Source of the DNA: Phyllosticta citribraziliensis
Taxonomy: Eukaryota
Assembly: GCF_038025025.1 (NCBI RefSeq)
Contig: NW_027117342.1
Location: 1,302,001 to 1,366,000 of the forward strand
Direction: 5' to 3'
DNA: 64,000 bases
This document shows positions 21,334 to 34,097 of this stretch, one piece after another. The position numbers and the translations under genes were made by a program. The notes below the pieces were generated by a model, which worked only from the letters and a program-made list of their open reading frames with translations, had not been told where the DNA came from and ran no database searches. Positions within the stretch are counted from its first letter, which is position 1, and every line of letters begins with the position of its first letter.

Positions 21334-21809
21334 ATGTCCGACAACGGCGGCACGCCCCAGAAGCAGGACGCCGGCCCAAGCGAGCATTTGAACATCAAGG
21401 TCACGGATGGCAACAACGAAGTCTTCTTCAAGATCAAGAGGACCACCGAGTTCAAGAAGTTGATGCACGCGTTTTGCGAGCGTCAAGGCAAGAGGCCCAA
21501 CACGGTGCGCTTCATCTTCGACGGCCACCGCTTGAACGAGGAGCAGAAACCCGTCGACGTAAGTTGTGCCCAGGCGTGCCCAAATACAGCCACGACAGCC
21601 ATTTTGAGAGGCGGCCCCGTAAACTTTTACGCGCGGCTACGCGGATCCAAGAGCGCAAGACAATTGGCCCAGCGGCCTAGAGGCTGGCGCCCGACCCGGT
21701 TGGAAAGAGTATCCTGCTAACATGTCGCGCGGCACAGTTTGAAATGGACGACGGCGACGTTATCCAGGTTCACCAGGAGCAGATCGGAGGCGCTGCCCCG
21801 CGCTGCTGA
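21334..21809 (+). CDS. SMT3: SUMO precursor
   Basis: EHLNIKVTDGNNEVFFKIKRTT..LMHAFCERQGK..VRFIFDG; intron 21559-21737; ends HQEQIGG-AAPRC. Probable 5'-UTR intron GTGAGC 21074 to TAG ~21313. Confidence 0.96.
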
Positions 21810-22455
21810 TCTCGGCCCCCGACGAGCATCCTCGACGGACGCGCGAATTCGACGACAACAAAGCCACGATAGCCCGGCAATTCGACGCGTCTCAATGGGT
21901 GGTACGACTACATACGACGTGGATCAAAGACAAAATCCGGTGCGGGAATGACAAAGATACCTACTACAACAAGAATTGAAGCCAGGACATCTTCTCTACC
22001 TTCTCCTTAATGTTGGGGTTGGTTGAAGGCGAGCAAGGAATGCAGCATCAATCGAGGGTGGCGCTTTTGGCGTCTACATGGGGAACTTCTCTTTTTTTCA
22101 CTTTTTTTGCGGGCGTTGCTCTTGGCTTTTGTTGTATCTTAGCTGCTGGCTGGCGAGCCCGGAGTCTCATCTTCCGGTCCGGCCTCTCTGAGATCTCACA
22201 AGCCCAAATGGTTCGCTCTCTCCGTCGTGTGTCCAGGTGCTGCTGATTTCCCCAAAGTGTGTCCATTTTTGCCTCGCCCACGTGTCAGCCGGCGCGTATG
22301 CTGGAACCCGCGAGATGGTTTGTCCCACTGATACCGTGTCTTCATACGCTCTCCTCGCTCAACTCTTTTAGTATTCATTCAGCTGTTCTTGAATGTAGGG
22401 CCATATCTAACTGATCGTAAACCTCGAATCATGAGAGGACATCCATGGTCCACGC

Positions 22456-24807
22456 TCAACCCACCAACCCACCAGCACTCCGCCCCCTCGCCAACTCCTT
22501 GCACTTGCCAACCGCCTCGGCGAAATCATCAAACGCCCAAACGCGCTTCCCACTCTTCGCAATGACATCTTGACCCTCCTTCTCGCGCGTGCCCCTCAAC
22601 CTCACGACGACGGGGACGCCCTTGTCGTCCAAGCGCAGCTGCTCAAACGCCAGCAGCACGCCTTGCGCAATCATGTCGCACAGCGTCAAGCCGCCAAAAA
22701 TGTTGACGAAGATGACGGCCACGCGCGCGTCGGCGAGCAGCAGCTCGAACGAGCGCGCAACCGTCTCGGCCGTCGCCTTGCCCCCTGTGTCGAGGAAGTT
22801 GGCGGCCACGGCGGGCCCGGCGGCGCTGGGGAGGGACAGCGCGTCGACTGTGTTCATGGCGAGCCCGGCGCCGTTGACGAGGGTCCCAATGTTGTGGTTG
22901 CTGTCTTGCCCTGGGTTGTCGCCGCCGCCCGGCAGCTTGATGTACACGATGCCGTGGCGCTCGGCGGCCAGTTCGGCGGCATCGATGGCATGGGCCGACG
23001 TGTCACGCAGGGCGTGCAGGTCTACATGGCGGTTACAGGAGCGGAACGCGGCGTCGTCGAAGATTAGGGAAGGGTTAGTGATGTGGAGGGGTGAAGAGGG
23101 CGGGACTTTCGAGGAATACGGGGCCAGGGAGACGTGTGTTGAGAGCGTGACGGCTTCGTGTGAAGTGTACAGTGACCACAGGGACCGGAGCAGCTGGACG
23201 ACGGCGCCAACGGTGTTTGCAGGCGCGGATGAGAGCTGTGTGTGTTGTAGGACAGTGTCAATTGTCCTGTCCGTCGGCCCAGTGTGGTAGGAAAAGGGAA
23301 CGAGTCTTGCTCGGGCGTTCGTGTCTTTCGACTCTGTCGAAGGCGAGACGTAGAACGCAGGAGAGCGCGCAGACCGGTCAACGGTCAAACTGATGAGTCG
23401 TGAGGGTTCAGTGGTCGAATCCGGTTTGGAGCTGACCGTGATGCCATGTTGTGATAGGAGGTCAGCTGCTTGGGTCGCGTTGAGATGTAGGCCCCTTTTT
23501 TGAAAAGGTGTGGTATGAGAAGCCGGTCGAGGTCGTCGAGCTGACGTGTGATAGCTACGGCGCTGTGGTCCACTAGCTGCAGACGCAGTTGCGGAGTCTT
23601 GCTACGAGCATGGGTCAGATGGCTTTCTTGGATTTGACCCTTCTCTTTCCATGTCGACTTACAATTTCCTGCACATCAGGTCCGCTTTTTGCGAGAAGGC
23701 CCTTCATCACCCGTCCGAATTGAGATGGATGGTCCACCATGACCGCGCCGGCATCTTGAAGAATTCGATACTTGCTGTCTGCAGAATTCTCGCCGGGACC
23801 AATCCACGCTCCAGCATGTCCCATGACCCGCCCGGGAGGTGCAAGGGTGCCTCCAACCAGCGCGGCAATGGGTCTAGTCCAGCGTCAGTGCAAGCACAGC
23901 AATCTTCAGGGGTGGCTTTACTTGGGGTTGCGAGAACGTCTTCTGTACTCCTTGATCCACTCAGCCGCTTCTTCTTCAGCTCCTCCCCCAATCTCTCCGA
24001 CGAGAATAATTCCCTCCGTGTCAGCATCGTGCTCAAAGACCTTGAGAGCATCCACAAAGTTGGTTCCTGCAATGACGTCACCGCCCATGCCAATACATAG
24101 ACTTTGGCCCAGTCCAGCTCTGGTTACCGAGGCCACTGTCTCGTAGCTCAAAGTCCCCGACTTGGCGACGATGCCTACATGACCAGGAGCAAAAGTGGGC
24201 AGAGGCTGAAAGCCGATTCTACAGCGGCCGATTGCTGAAATGATTCCCGGAGCATTGGCGCCAACGAGTCGGGATTTGCCTTGGGTGTTGAGCATGGAAT
24301 GGATCTGGGTCGGGTCAGTTGACAATGGTCGTGGGCACGCGTGAGACGTACTCGCAAGATGTCATGCAGGGGAATGTGCTCTGCAACCGCAACAATCAGA
24401 GGAATCTCTGCCTCAATGGCCTCCTCGATCGCGGCGGCTGCTTGGTGAGCAGCTACGTAAATGCCCGTTGCATCAGGCTTCAGGTGCTCCTTGGCGGCGC
24501 GCACACTCGGGAGAACTGGTAGACCTAGGTGCTCGCCGTCGTGACCGGGTCTGACGCCGCCCAAGATTCTGGTTCCCCATGCGATCGACTCTTTTGCATT
24601 GGCTGTCGCTTGCTTGCCCGTGAAACCCTGGAAGATGACACGCGTGTGTCTCCCGATCTTCAGATGCTCGATTGTCTTCTCATATGACGCCCTAGTTGGC
24701 GACAAAGAAAAGCTTGCAGCGCCAGAGGGAGGGAAAGTGCTGACGGGAATCCTTTTGGGTCGGAGAATTAATGACGACATGGGCGAGGCACGGGCGCAGG
24801 GCAGCAT
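22456..24807 (-). CDS. Succinyl-CoA synthetase-like alpha+beta fusion protein, 4 exons
   Basis: Alpha part: [38 protein letters not shown] phospho-His motif. Beta C-terminal part: [36 protein letters not shown] phase-0 intron 23662-23602 joins the two in frame. Confidence 0.9.
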
Positions 24808-25453
24808 ACTCAGGCCTGGTGGCTGGCAAGCAACGACTGAAAAGACTAATGCGAAATGCAATTGAAGGACGCAGAAGAGCAAAGGCGACAGATGCGACGC
24901 AACGAGAATGCAGAGAGACTATAAGATGCGGGAATACGAAGCTGGGGATAAGGACAGTGGTGGTGTAGTGGGTGAGGTACCGTAGGTAGGCCGGTCGCGG
25001 ACCTCGGGCAGGCAAGACTGGGGACCCCTCTCCGCAACCCAGCAACATGAACCCTCCGGTCCTCCACCCACGGATCGCCATGCCCAGATCCATGATTGGC
25101 GTGGCTGCGCAAGCTCCTGCGCCTGCGCTGCGCTGCACTGTCCATGTCTGTCCTCTCCCTCCGCCTTCGAAAAGTCGCGCCGCGCCGCCTAACAATAGCA
25201 ATCTGGCCCGGCCATCCGACCTGCTACCTACCACCTTATAAACGCGTCAGCCGCAAACCGCTACTCTCTAGTCTCGCTACCTACCATCCAGCACTGTCGT
25301 TTCTGCCTCCAGTCAGCAACTCGCCGTTGGTCCCGTTTCGTCATTGAGCCGAGCTTTCGTTTAACTTCGAAGCTGTTCGTTTCTTTTACTGTTTAATACC
25401 CCGTCTCGCCCGCCAATTCCACCGCTGGTCTTGTCCATCTTCGATCTTTCCAA

Positions 25454-26110
25454 ATGCCCATCATGTCCTCTTCCGCCATCTCCTCTTCAGGTACTTTCCT
25501 CTCGCCAATCCACGCCCCCGAAAGCAACGCTAATGCTTGGGCTGCAGAGCTCGCCTCTTCTCTGTCAAACCTCAAAATCTCCACCGATCCCACCTCCCTC
25601 GACCCGAAGCCCGCGAGGAAATCTTCGGGTACCAAGATGAACAAGAACGTCGTCGCCGACTCATGGGAGGACGAACTGGTCGAGTCCTCTGGCTCCGATA
25701 CCGAGACCGCCGAAGACGTCGAAACCAACAACACTCCACACGATTCTCTGCAGAGACAAGTGACCGAGGGGCCACTGGCTCCGCCGCCCACTCCTGCCTC
25801 TCCGCTGGCGTCAACGCCGGCATATGACACGCCCTACAAGGGCATTGATGCGCAATTGGGAGCGGCTGCCGCGGAGAAGGGATCTGGCAGGGATGCCCCA
25901 GCAAAACGACCAGAGAAGACCACCGCCGTGGCTGCAAGGATGATTGCGGGGGGCTTGGGTATGAGAGCCCCCAGGAGAACCGAAGAGGAACGTGAATTCG
26001 ACCGCGCTGCGCGGGAGAAGGAGAGGAAGAGGAGGGAGCGCGAGCGCGAGCAAGCCGCACTGGATAAACAACAAGAAGAGGCTGCAAAGAAGAGTGTCTG
26101 GGAGGATTGA
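25454..26110 (+). CDS. Conserved fungal hypothetical protein with R3HCC1L-like C-terminal motif
   Basis: Intronless 218-aa ORF: VADSWEDE, RPEKTTAVAARMIAGGLG, charged coiled coil ending SVWED. Confidence 0.8.
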   Translation: MPIMSSSAISSSGTFLSPIHAPESNANAWAAELASSLSNLKISTDPTSLDPKPARKSSGTKMNKNVVADSWEDELVESSGSDTETAEDVETNNTPHDSLQRQVTEGPLAPPPTPASPLASTPAYDTPYKGIDAQLGAAAAEKGSGRDAPAKRPEKTTAVAARMIAGGLGMRAPRRTEEEREFDRAAREKERKRREREREQAALDKQQEEAAKKSVWED

Positions 26111-28005
26111 TCTTTCGCAATTTTTGTTCATACGTCTTCTCTTCTATCACAAGTGCGCATAGGGCAGGTGTGTGGGGATATTGGTCACCAAAAGGTTCAA
26201 CGTTTTTGGGTTCGGCAAGGATTGGGTTACTTGGGACAGAATGAACGTAATTCGGCTCGGATTGGAAGAGGGAAATGAAGGCATCGATTTGGAGTTTTGG
26301 CTGGCAGGGGGGAAACTAGCGTTTGACAGCAACCAACAGCCTACATCAAAAGCAGATGATTGCACATTTCAACAGCATCACAACCACCTCGGCGAACAAA
26401 CCTTGCCGAAATGAGGCACCTGTGAGTCTGTCTTGGGTGCAAAGGGTTGCCAAGGCAAGGGATCCCATCTTCTAGAATCGTTCCATCCGTCGCAGCTTTA
26501 GGAGGTGGCTGTGTGCTCGCGGATGCGGCTCTTACTGGGGATACGCGACTGGGCGTGGGTGGGTGCAGACAGGCGTGCAGGTGGTGTGCCTTGTTCAGGT
26601 TCCTGTTGCAGCCGCATCACCTTCGGCAGGACCCTGTTCTCTGTCTTCACGGTTGTTGTATCTCGCCAGTGGTACACGGAACTCGTGGCTTCAACCTTGT
26701 AGTTACAGATCTGTTCTCTCACAAATTGGTTGGATTTTTCATGTTACCTTCCCAAACGAGCCTGATGAACTGGTCGAAGATCTTTTGGGTGACGGCAGCG
26801 CGTGTATCCTATTGGCCAGGCGAGTCTCGCTACTGCTGACAAGGGCTGCTGGGCACCGCCGTCTTGAGAGGCACGCAACTTCAATCGCCTTTCCTGGGGC
26901 ATGGAGCGTGGCTGCCGCTGGATAACGTGCTCGACCATCATCATTTTGGTCGACCTGATCGACCAGCGTCTAGACTTTGAGTTTGGCCCAGCTGTGATAT
27001 CATGTCGATGACGGGCAGGACCGTCCTCTGCCTATAAGAATTGAGCGACGGGCCTGACCGGTCCGCTTGCGGTAGGTGATGGGCCAGCGCAGGGTTCAAC
27101 GACGGCGGCCGCTTTTTTGCTCAGCACTGTCGCTGCGACGAATCAAGAGAGGATGCTCGACGACGGGCGACTGGTGGCTTGTCTCGGACATCATCGTGAT
27201 AGTAATCGACAACGACGCGCAACGCGAGTTCTGTCGCCTCATGCCGCCCATGTTTCAGCTTCTTTTTCCGTTTCTCCTCGCTCTTTACATACCCCATCTG
27301 CTGTTCTCTTCGTGGCTTTCTGCCAACACCGTACAGCAGATGGTGAAAGGCTCCGTCTTGAAAGAAGTCTCGCTGTCGCTGTCGCTCTCGCAACCCGCAG
27401 CTGTGGATTCAGCATGACTACACTGCTCCCCTGGGTCACGACTCGGAAGCGCGAGCGCTACAAAAGCTTTGATAAGAGTTTTTGTCTTCTGGCTTGACGG
27501 TGATGGGCTTTTTTGTGCGGAGACGGAGTGCAGCCTCCCGCTAATGCTTGAGCTGCAAGACGGAGTCGGCTCCTCGGTTGGCCGACGCCGTGTCTGACAA
27601 GGAGTCACTACGCTTCCTCCTTGATTCTGACTCTTTCAGACACCTGTGGTGTGGTAAGTGATCGTATCTGCCTGGTTGTGGGTGGGAAAACCGCGCTCCG
27701 CGGAGGCTCCATGGAGACGGAGCACCGCGTCGCGCTCATATTCAAGCCGTTACGCCCGAGAACATAGCTTCAGGACACGCAATGTGAGTCGGCAGCGACG
27801 GCAACACTAAAATCTGGGACTCACAAAGGGAGACAAGAGGGCTGCTCAATCTGTGCACGCTGGAATATATAACGACGTGGAAGACTCGTGAGACGGGTCT
27901 GCCTCGCCAGAAACTCCACAAACAACGATTCCGTCTACAAACTCAATCAACTTCTGTCTTCAACAAAGCTTCAAAATTACCCTACCTTCCTCGGCCTCAA
28001 GAAAA

Positions 28006-29220
28006 ATGTCATCAACACCCAAAATCGCCATCATTGGTGCTGGACCCGGCGGATTGACTCTTGCGCGTCTACTCCACTGCGCCGGCATCCCAAGCATCAT
28101 CTACGAGAGCGACCCTACCCCGGAAAGTCGGACGAGCACTGGAGGCACTCTCGACCTCCACGAAGATTCTGGCCAGATTGCCGTGAAAGAGGCCCAACTT
28201 TGGGATGAGTTCCAGAAATTTGCACGCTACGATGGCGAAGACCGAGTTCTCAAAGACCGCTTCAACAACATCCATGCCGAGCAAAAAGGCATCGACACGG
28301 GCAGGCCCGAAATCGACCGCAAGTACCTGCGCGACATGCTCCTGGATGCCATCCCAAGCGAGTACATCCGATGGGGCCACCACCTCAAGACCGTGGACGA
28401 ATGCGGGACGCTGCACTTTGCCAACGGCAACACGGCCAGCGGCTTCGACCTCGTCGTCGGCGCCGACGGCGCGTGGTCCAAGATCCAACGCCTGCTCAGC
28501 ACCGTGCGACCGTTCTACAGCGGCGTCTCAGCAGTGGAGCTGTGGACCGAAGACATCGACGCCCTCGACCCCGAATTGGCCGCCATGGTTGGCAACGGAT
28601 CGCACTTTGTGTTTGGCAACGAGACGGGCCGCTGCCTGCTCACGCAGCGGCAGGACAAGGGAGTCGTGCGCACGCTGGCCTACATGCGGGTGCCCGATAC
28701 CTACCTGGCCGACCATGACGTCAACGATGGCGACCGCGACGCCGCCGTCGAGTTTCTGCTGCGCGAATTCGACGAGTGGGCTCCCGAATTGAAGAGGCTC
28801 ATTACGACTTTCGACGGCATCGTCGTTCCGCGTCAGCTGCACATGTTGCCCGTCGGCATGCGATGGCCACACAAAAAGGGGTTTACTCTGATCGGTGACT
28901 CTGCCCACCTGATGACACCCTTTGCCGGCATCGGCGTCAACATGGCCATGCACGACGCGCTTGACCTGGCGCATGCCATCATTGGAGCCAAGGGCGGCGA
29001 TTTGGATGCCGCCGTGTACGGCTTCGAGAAGACGATGTGGCCGCGCTCGGAGAAGGCGGCCAAGCTGACTTGGGAGAGCACCTTGTCGAGGTTCGATCGT
29101 GATGGCATCGAGACTCTGAAAGCGCGGCTTCAGCAGGCCGTGGAGTCGCGAGGAACCAGGGAGAGAAAAGTTGAAGTGTTGCCGGCCGTGGAGAAGTTTG
29201 GTGAGATGAACATGTCGTAA
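28006..29220 (+). CDS. FAD-dependent monooxygenase, TetX-like
   Basis: IAIIGAGPGGL, GGTLDLH..SGQ, RPEIDR, DLVVGADGAWS, LIGDSAHLMTPFAGIGVNMAMHDA; intronless, 404 aa. Confidence 0.93.
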   Translation: MSSTPKIAIIGAGPGGLTLARLLHCAGIPSIIYESDPTPESRTSTGGTLDLHEDSGQIAVKEAQLWDEFQKFARYDGEDRVLKDRFNNIHAEQKGIDTGRPEIDRKYLRDMLLDAIPSEYIRWGHHLKTVDECGTLHFANGNTASGFDLVVGADGAWSKIQRLLSTVRPFYSGVSAVELWTEDIDALDPELAAMVGNGSHFVFGNETGRCLLTQRQDKGVVRTLAYMRVPDTYLADHDVNDGDRDAAVEFLLREFDEWAPELKRLITTFDGIVVPRQLHMLPVGMRWPHKKGFTLIGDSAHLMTPFAGIGVNMAMHDALDLAHAIIGAKGGDLDAAVYGFEKTMWPRSEKAAKLTWESTLSRFDRDGIETLKARLQQAVESRGTRERKVEVLPAVEKFGEMNMS

Positions 29221-31136
29221 GAGGCGGGTCATTTTGAACAAAGGTGGATTTAATATGCGCAAGTCTTTGGTGCAGACTCGATCTTTCTTCTTGTACTGTT
29301 CCTCTCTCAGTATGGTCTGATCCTAGCACCGTAGAAATAAACGAATCGAACAACTTTGACGTTTTTCTCGTACACATGTCAAGTAATGGTCTGCCACTTG
29401 GGCCCGTCCATATAATGTAGCTATTGTTTGGGCTCGCCTCGGCTTGACCTTCCTTGCACCAACTCGATTGACAGGTCCAAGGCCTCCAGCGCAGAAGAGA
29501 GGACACGGACGGAACGTTTCGGTCCCGGCTTTCCGTCGCGCCCGAGTTCCCGCTGTATCCCGCGTCTCAAGGGCTGCAAATATGAGTGACCGTGCCTGCA
29601 TTTGACTAATCGCTGGACCAATCGCTGGACCAAACGCCAACTCATCGTATAAATCATGCATGGCGCATCGGCGCGCTGGGAGTCCAATGCGTCATCAAGA
29701 GGTTATGTGGCGTGTCGAGTGAGCCATCTTGACTCCGTGAGCAGACAGAAAGCTCAAGTCTGGAGCTCGGAGCGGAGAGGCGATAGTTGCTGATTGGCAA
29801 GGAAGAGGTGCGGGTCGGGATGAATTAGCGAGCGAGCCGCGAGTTGAGCAGACGTGCGAGTGGCCGCAGAGGCTTGAGGCGCGGGTTTCCTCGTGTTCGT
29901 GACCTTACTTTGTGTCTTTGTATCAACGTCGCTGACCTCGGCTCAGCGTCCTCGCAATCCATCCATCTGCGGAGGGTGCCGTACGTGATTACACACGCCG
30001 GGAGGGAATCCAACTTCGGTTAATAACCTTGATAAGCCTCCTTACGGGGTTTCGACAGGCCTAGTAACGAATAGTTTTCGAGGAAGAAGCCAAGCTTTTG
30101 CTTTACAAGGTACTGTTCAGGTTTACCCTCTTCCCACCCGACGTGTCCACACCCTGTACTTTGCGCATGCGGCTAGACTGGCCAGGAAAGTGCATGGATG
30201 GCGTGAGACAGGGTAAGCGCTGCAGCGCCTAGGTCGGTCTCTACAGGCAGCCCCTCCACCAAACCAACGCCTCGTCCTCGTGGCGCTCTACAACCGCAAT
30301 TGTTTTTTGACCGAGCCAGAGACAGCTTCTATGTTTCGGGAAGAATTCTATTAATCTTCGTGAGCCTATCACAGCACGGCTTCAAGAATATGCTTCACCT
30401 TAGCGTGGAGGCAGATTAGTTTTGGATCAGTAACGACACGGTAGAAGCGGTGTGTACTTGGACGATTACGCAGGAGGTTGCATGCAAGAACAGGCGCAGG
30501 GCTTTTTCGAGGTTCGCGGCCCAATGGCCGTTGGTGCAAAGCTAATCCTTCTGATGCAGGGGCATGCTCAGAAAGGGTAGATGCTGCGATGGCTGATTTC
30601 AGCGAACTGTTGATTCGATGGCGGGCTAACGGCAAGCTGTCCATTGTTGGCATTATTCATCCAAGAATTAGGATCGACTGCAAAAGTTGCAAGCGGAAGA
30701 GCGACATTCAATCTTGCCAAAGGGGCGTACATGGGGAGCATTGAAGTTCCCTTGAGTTACGTTCCTCAAGAGCGTTTAAGCATATGTAGAATGCAGTAGC
30801 AGGGGGTGGTCAAAAAGCTGTGGTTCCCACGGCTCCGCTGAGCCTCGGAGGACGGACCGGGGTAATGTGATGTTCCACTTTAGGGCTAGTTACGGCCTCA
30901 CTCAAGCTTTTGGCGTCGTCCGCGTTGGCGGTTGAGATATATATACCACTTCTTGGGCCACGATATCTCGGCCTTATATTGTGAGCAAGAAGGCCTTGCT
31001 TTTTTCGTCTGGAACCTCTGTCCATTTGACTTCTCATCACTACTTCGACTCCCAATATCCTCTCTTCGAGCACGCTCAAGAGCTTAGAAGGAGTCAGTTG
31101 CGGTAAACATCTGTCGCGTCCAAGACAACGGGAAAT

Positions 31137-32324
31137 ATGGAGCACGTACCGCTAGTAAAGCCAAGGCCGACTCGCCCTTTATCACAGCAACTTTTGAGCA
31201 TACAAAGGAAGGCATGGGGACTCCCCACTGGACTTGTCTCAGTGGGTCTGCCGTGTTGATGAGGCTACCAATCCGCTTCATCTCTTTCCGCAATTCCTGC
31301 GGACGTTTGCTGAAATTCGGCACAGAAAATCAGGGACCAGCTGACAATATCCTCGTGGCTCGCTCTTGGGGCCTGTCTACAAAGCTTGCTCTTTTTGGTG
31401 GCTGGCCGGATCGCTTTGGTTCCCGCATTCGTGCTCATCTTCTACCGCATCGTAGACACCGCCTTGATGGTGAAGGGGATCAAGCCAGATCCTGAGGCGA
31501 TGGATAATATCATAAGGAACAAGTACACCGTCCTCTATCCTGATGGCCAAGGAAAGTATACTGGAAAGCCTGCGAACAAGGACATTGTTGTCTTTATGAT
31601 TGGCGCAAGATCGAACCAGTGAGTGCCACACATCAAGATCGAAACGGTTGCTGACTCTCTTAAGCCCGCTTGGGTTGCTTGCCCCCGGTTTCGGAACGAT
31701 GGGGGACTATTTTGACAGCATGTGCAAGGACATCGAAGGTGAGTCTCCAAACTGGCCCAGTGTCGAACAAAAGACATACTATGTGCAGCTCGCTCCGAAG
31801 AATATGGCCTTTTGGGCCATACGAATTACGCAGTCCAAGGCGACGTCTCGACAAGCACCGAAACCATGAGCGTCATGTTTTTCGAAAATTTCGAAGGGCT
31901 GCATAAGTTTGCCCACGACCCGCTGCATCGAGAAGCCTGGAACTGGTGGAACAGGGACCTAGCCAAGTTTGGCCATCTTAGCATCTGGCATGAAGCGTTT
32001 CATTCGCCGGCGGGGCATTGGGAGGGAATCTATGTCAACTCGCATCCGCGCGGTCTTGGTCAGTGTTTTCCTCGGGCCTCGAGACAGAGAGCCCTGACGC
32101 TAACGTCTCTCGCAGCTGCCACCACCGTACCAATTACTTTGGAGAAGGACTCGGGGGATCTCAAAGCGGGCACGAAAGCGTACTTTTCCCCAATCGTCGA
32201 CGCTCGGAAGGGTGTGCTGAAAACCAGTGCGGGTCGGATTTCGGCGCTGAGATCGAAGGCTGATGAGCATGATAAGTACGGCAAGGATCCGTATGAGAAT
32301 TACGGCAGGATGAATGCCGTATGA
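31137..32324 (+). CDS. DUF4188-type (Af470-like) putative monooxygenase, multi-exon
   Basis: MEHVPLVKPR..|KIRDQLTISSWLALGA, IVVFMIGARSN|PLGLLAPGF, GLHKFAHDPLHREAWNWWN, IWHEAF..WEGIYVNSHP. Confidence 0.82.
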
Positions 32325-32757
32325 GGAGATGGCTGCATGTGTAGACAGAGTTTGTGGATAAACCAAATATCAGAGCCTTTCAGCAGAGAGCCGTTCAACA
32401 GTGAGCCTGAGGTCATTTGATGCGAAGAGAATTCGACGGGAGTCGATGAGCCTGGTAAAATCCGCGATGCCGTGAAGTGAGCAATGGGTCTGCAGCGGGA
32501 TCTCGAAAAGTCGCGAGCCTTGCGCGCCGGCACAGATGGAGGGATGGAGGGATGGAGGGCAAGAGACGGTGCCGGCTTCTGATAGGTCCGAAAGAGGATG
32601 CCGCCATCCCGCATCAGGCCCGTCGGCGAAACCAATTTTTCCGACGGAGGCCCTCGCTTGCCCACCCACTACCGACCAAATTCTGTCGCGATTGTGACGG
32701 GCGCGCAGCGACAGACGACGACCACCCCCAAAGGAACCGCCGACAACCGACTTCAAG

Positions 32758-33589
32758 ATGAAGTACATTCGCTCCCAGGAGTCGCTGACCATCCCCGACG
32801 GTGGTGAGTACGCCATTTTCCGATGCGACCAGACGAGAATTGCCGGCTAACGCGCATCGCGCTCTGCAGTCAAGGTGCACATCAAGACGAGGATTGTCAC
32901 CGTTGAGGGTCCCCGCGGTACGGACACCCACGCCCCGAGAATCGCTTGAGAGGTGCAGCAATTGACGGACAACTCCAGGCAAGCTCGTCAAGGACCTCGG
33001 TCACCTGGCGGTTTCCTTCGCTACCCCCAAGAAGAACGTCATCAACATCGAGCTCCACCATGGCGTCCGCAAGAACATCGCCACCCTCCGCACCGTCTGC
33101 TCGATCATCCAGAACATGATCACCGGCGTCACCAAGGGATTCAAGTACAAGATGCGTTACGTCTACGCCCATTTTCCCATCAACGTCAACATCGAGAAGA
33201 ACAACGCGACCGACCAGTTCGAGGTTGAGATCCGGTATGTGAAGCACGCGGGAAGACAAGGCAAGGATGGAAGGGACTCCAGGCTGACTTGAACGCAGCA
33301 ACTTCTTGGGCGAGAAGCTCGTCCGCCGGGTCGTCATGGCCGCTGGTGTCGACGTCGAGGCCTCGAAGAACGTCAAGGACGAGCTCCAGCTCACCGGCAA
33401 CGACCTCGAGAAGGTTTCCCAGAGCGCCGCAGACATCCAGCAGATCTGCCGCGTGAGGAACAAGGATATCCGAAAGGTTTGCCGAGCCGCCGAAAATCCG
33501 ACCCGCGAAGAAAATCTGGCTGACGCGGGGCACAACAGTTCTTGGACGGTCTGTACGTCTCCGAGAGGACTAACATCGTTGAAGAGTAA
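32758..33589 (+). CDS. RPL9: 60S ribosomal protein L9 (uL6), 5 exons
   Basis: [62 protein letters not shown]. Confidence 0.98.
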
Positions 33590-34009
33590 GCTCGTCGAGG
33601 GGACATGCGGTGTTTCTCATGGGGTATGGCGCGTTCTTCAAGCGGAAAACGGCATCACGGTATTACGAGGGAGGGATAGGGCTACGACGCCTAATCGGAC
33701 TTCCTTGAATGCCGAAATTTTTCCTTTTGGGTGCACAAAACTTCCAAGGACTTGGCCGTGGCGGCGGGGAAAAGTATACCCAAAATCAAGCCACCTACAA
33801 ATTATGACCTGACGTGGAAACGAGCTGACAGCCAGACGCCTTGCTGCGATGGTTTGCGGCAGCGGGCAGCACAAAAACACGAATCACCAGACTGCGTGCA
33901 TCTGATGTGAGAGACGGAGACTAAAGCATCACAGCGAAGTGATTTGGCTTCTTGGACAAAAGGTACGTTCCATCTCCTCTTTCGCATCACCAACATCAAC
34001 ACCGCAATC

Positions 34010-34097
34010 CGTGTGATGAAACATTTCGGATGTAAACCTTTATACCACCGAGAGCGCAAAACCATGTGGATATTTTCCGTTGCCTTCCTTCTGACTC
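34010..34097 (+). ncRNA. snR52: Box C/D snoRNA, snR52-like (guide for 18S rRNA Am420)
   Basis: Box C GTGATGA 34013-34019, box D CTGA 34091-34094; guide GTTGCCTTCCTT (34079-34090) is complementary to the conserved 18S sequence AAGGAAGGCAGC; flanked by a splice donor and a branch point. Confidence 0.85.

Noticed and set aside
1..21809. Ubiquitin-system cluster (UBA1, F-box, SUMO)
   Set aside because: The genes are interspersed with unrelated genes and show no shared regulatory signal; co-location is probably coincidental.
26450..27610. Possible spliced minus-strand gene
   Set aside because: Some splice-like signals are present, but I could not build a coherent protein-like frame.
32620..32647. 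Inverted repeat CCGTCGG-N14-CCGACGG upstream of RPL9
   Set aside because: 7-bp arms can arise by chance; a regulatory role cannot be supported without comparative data.
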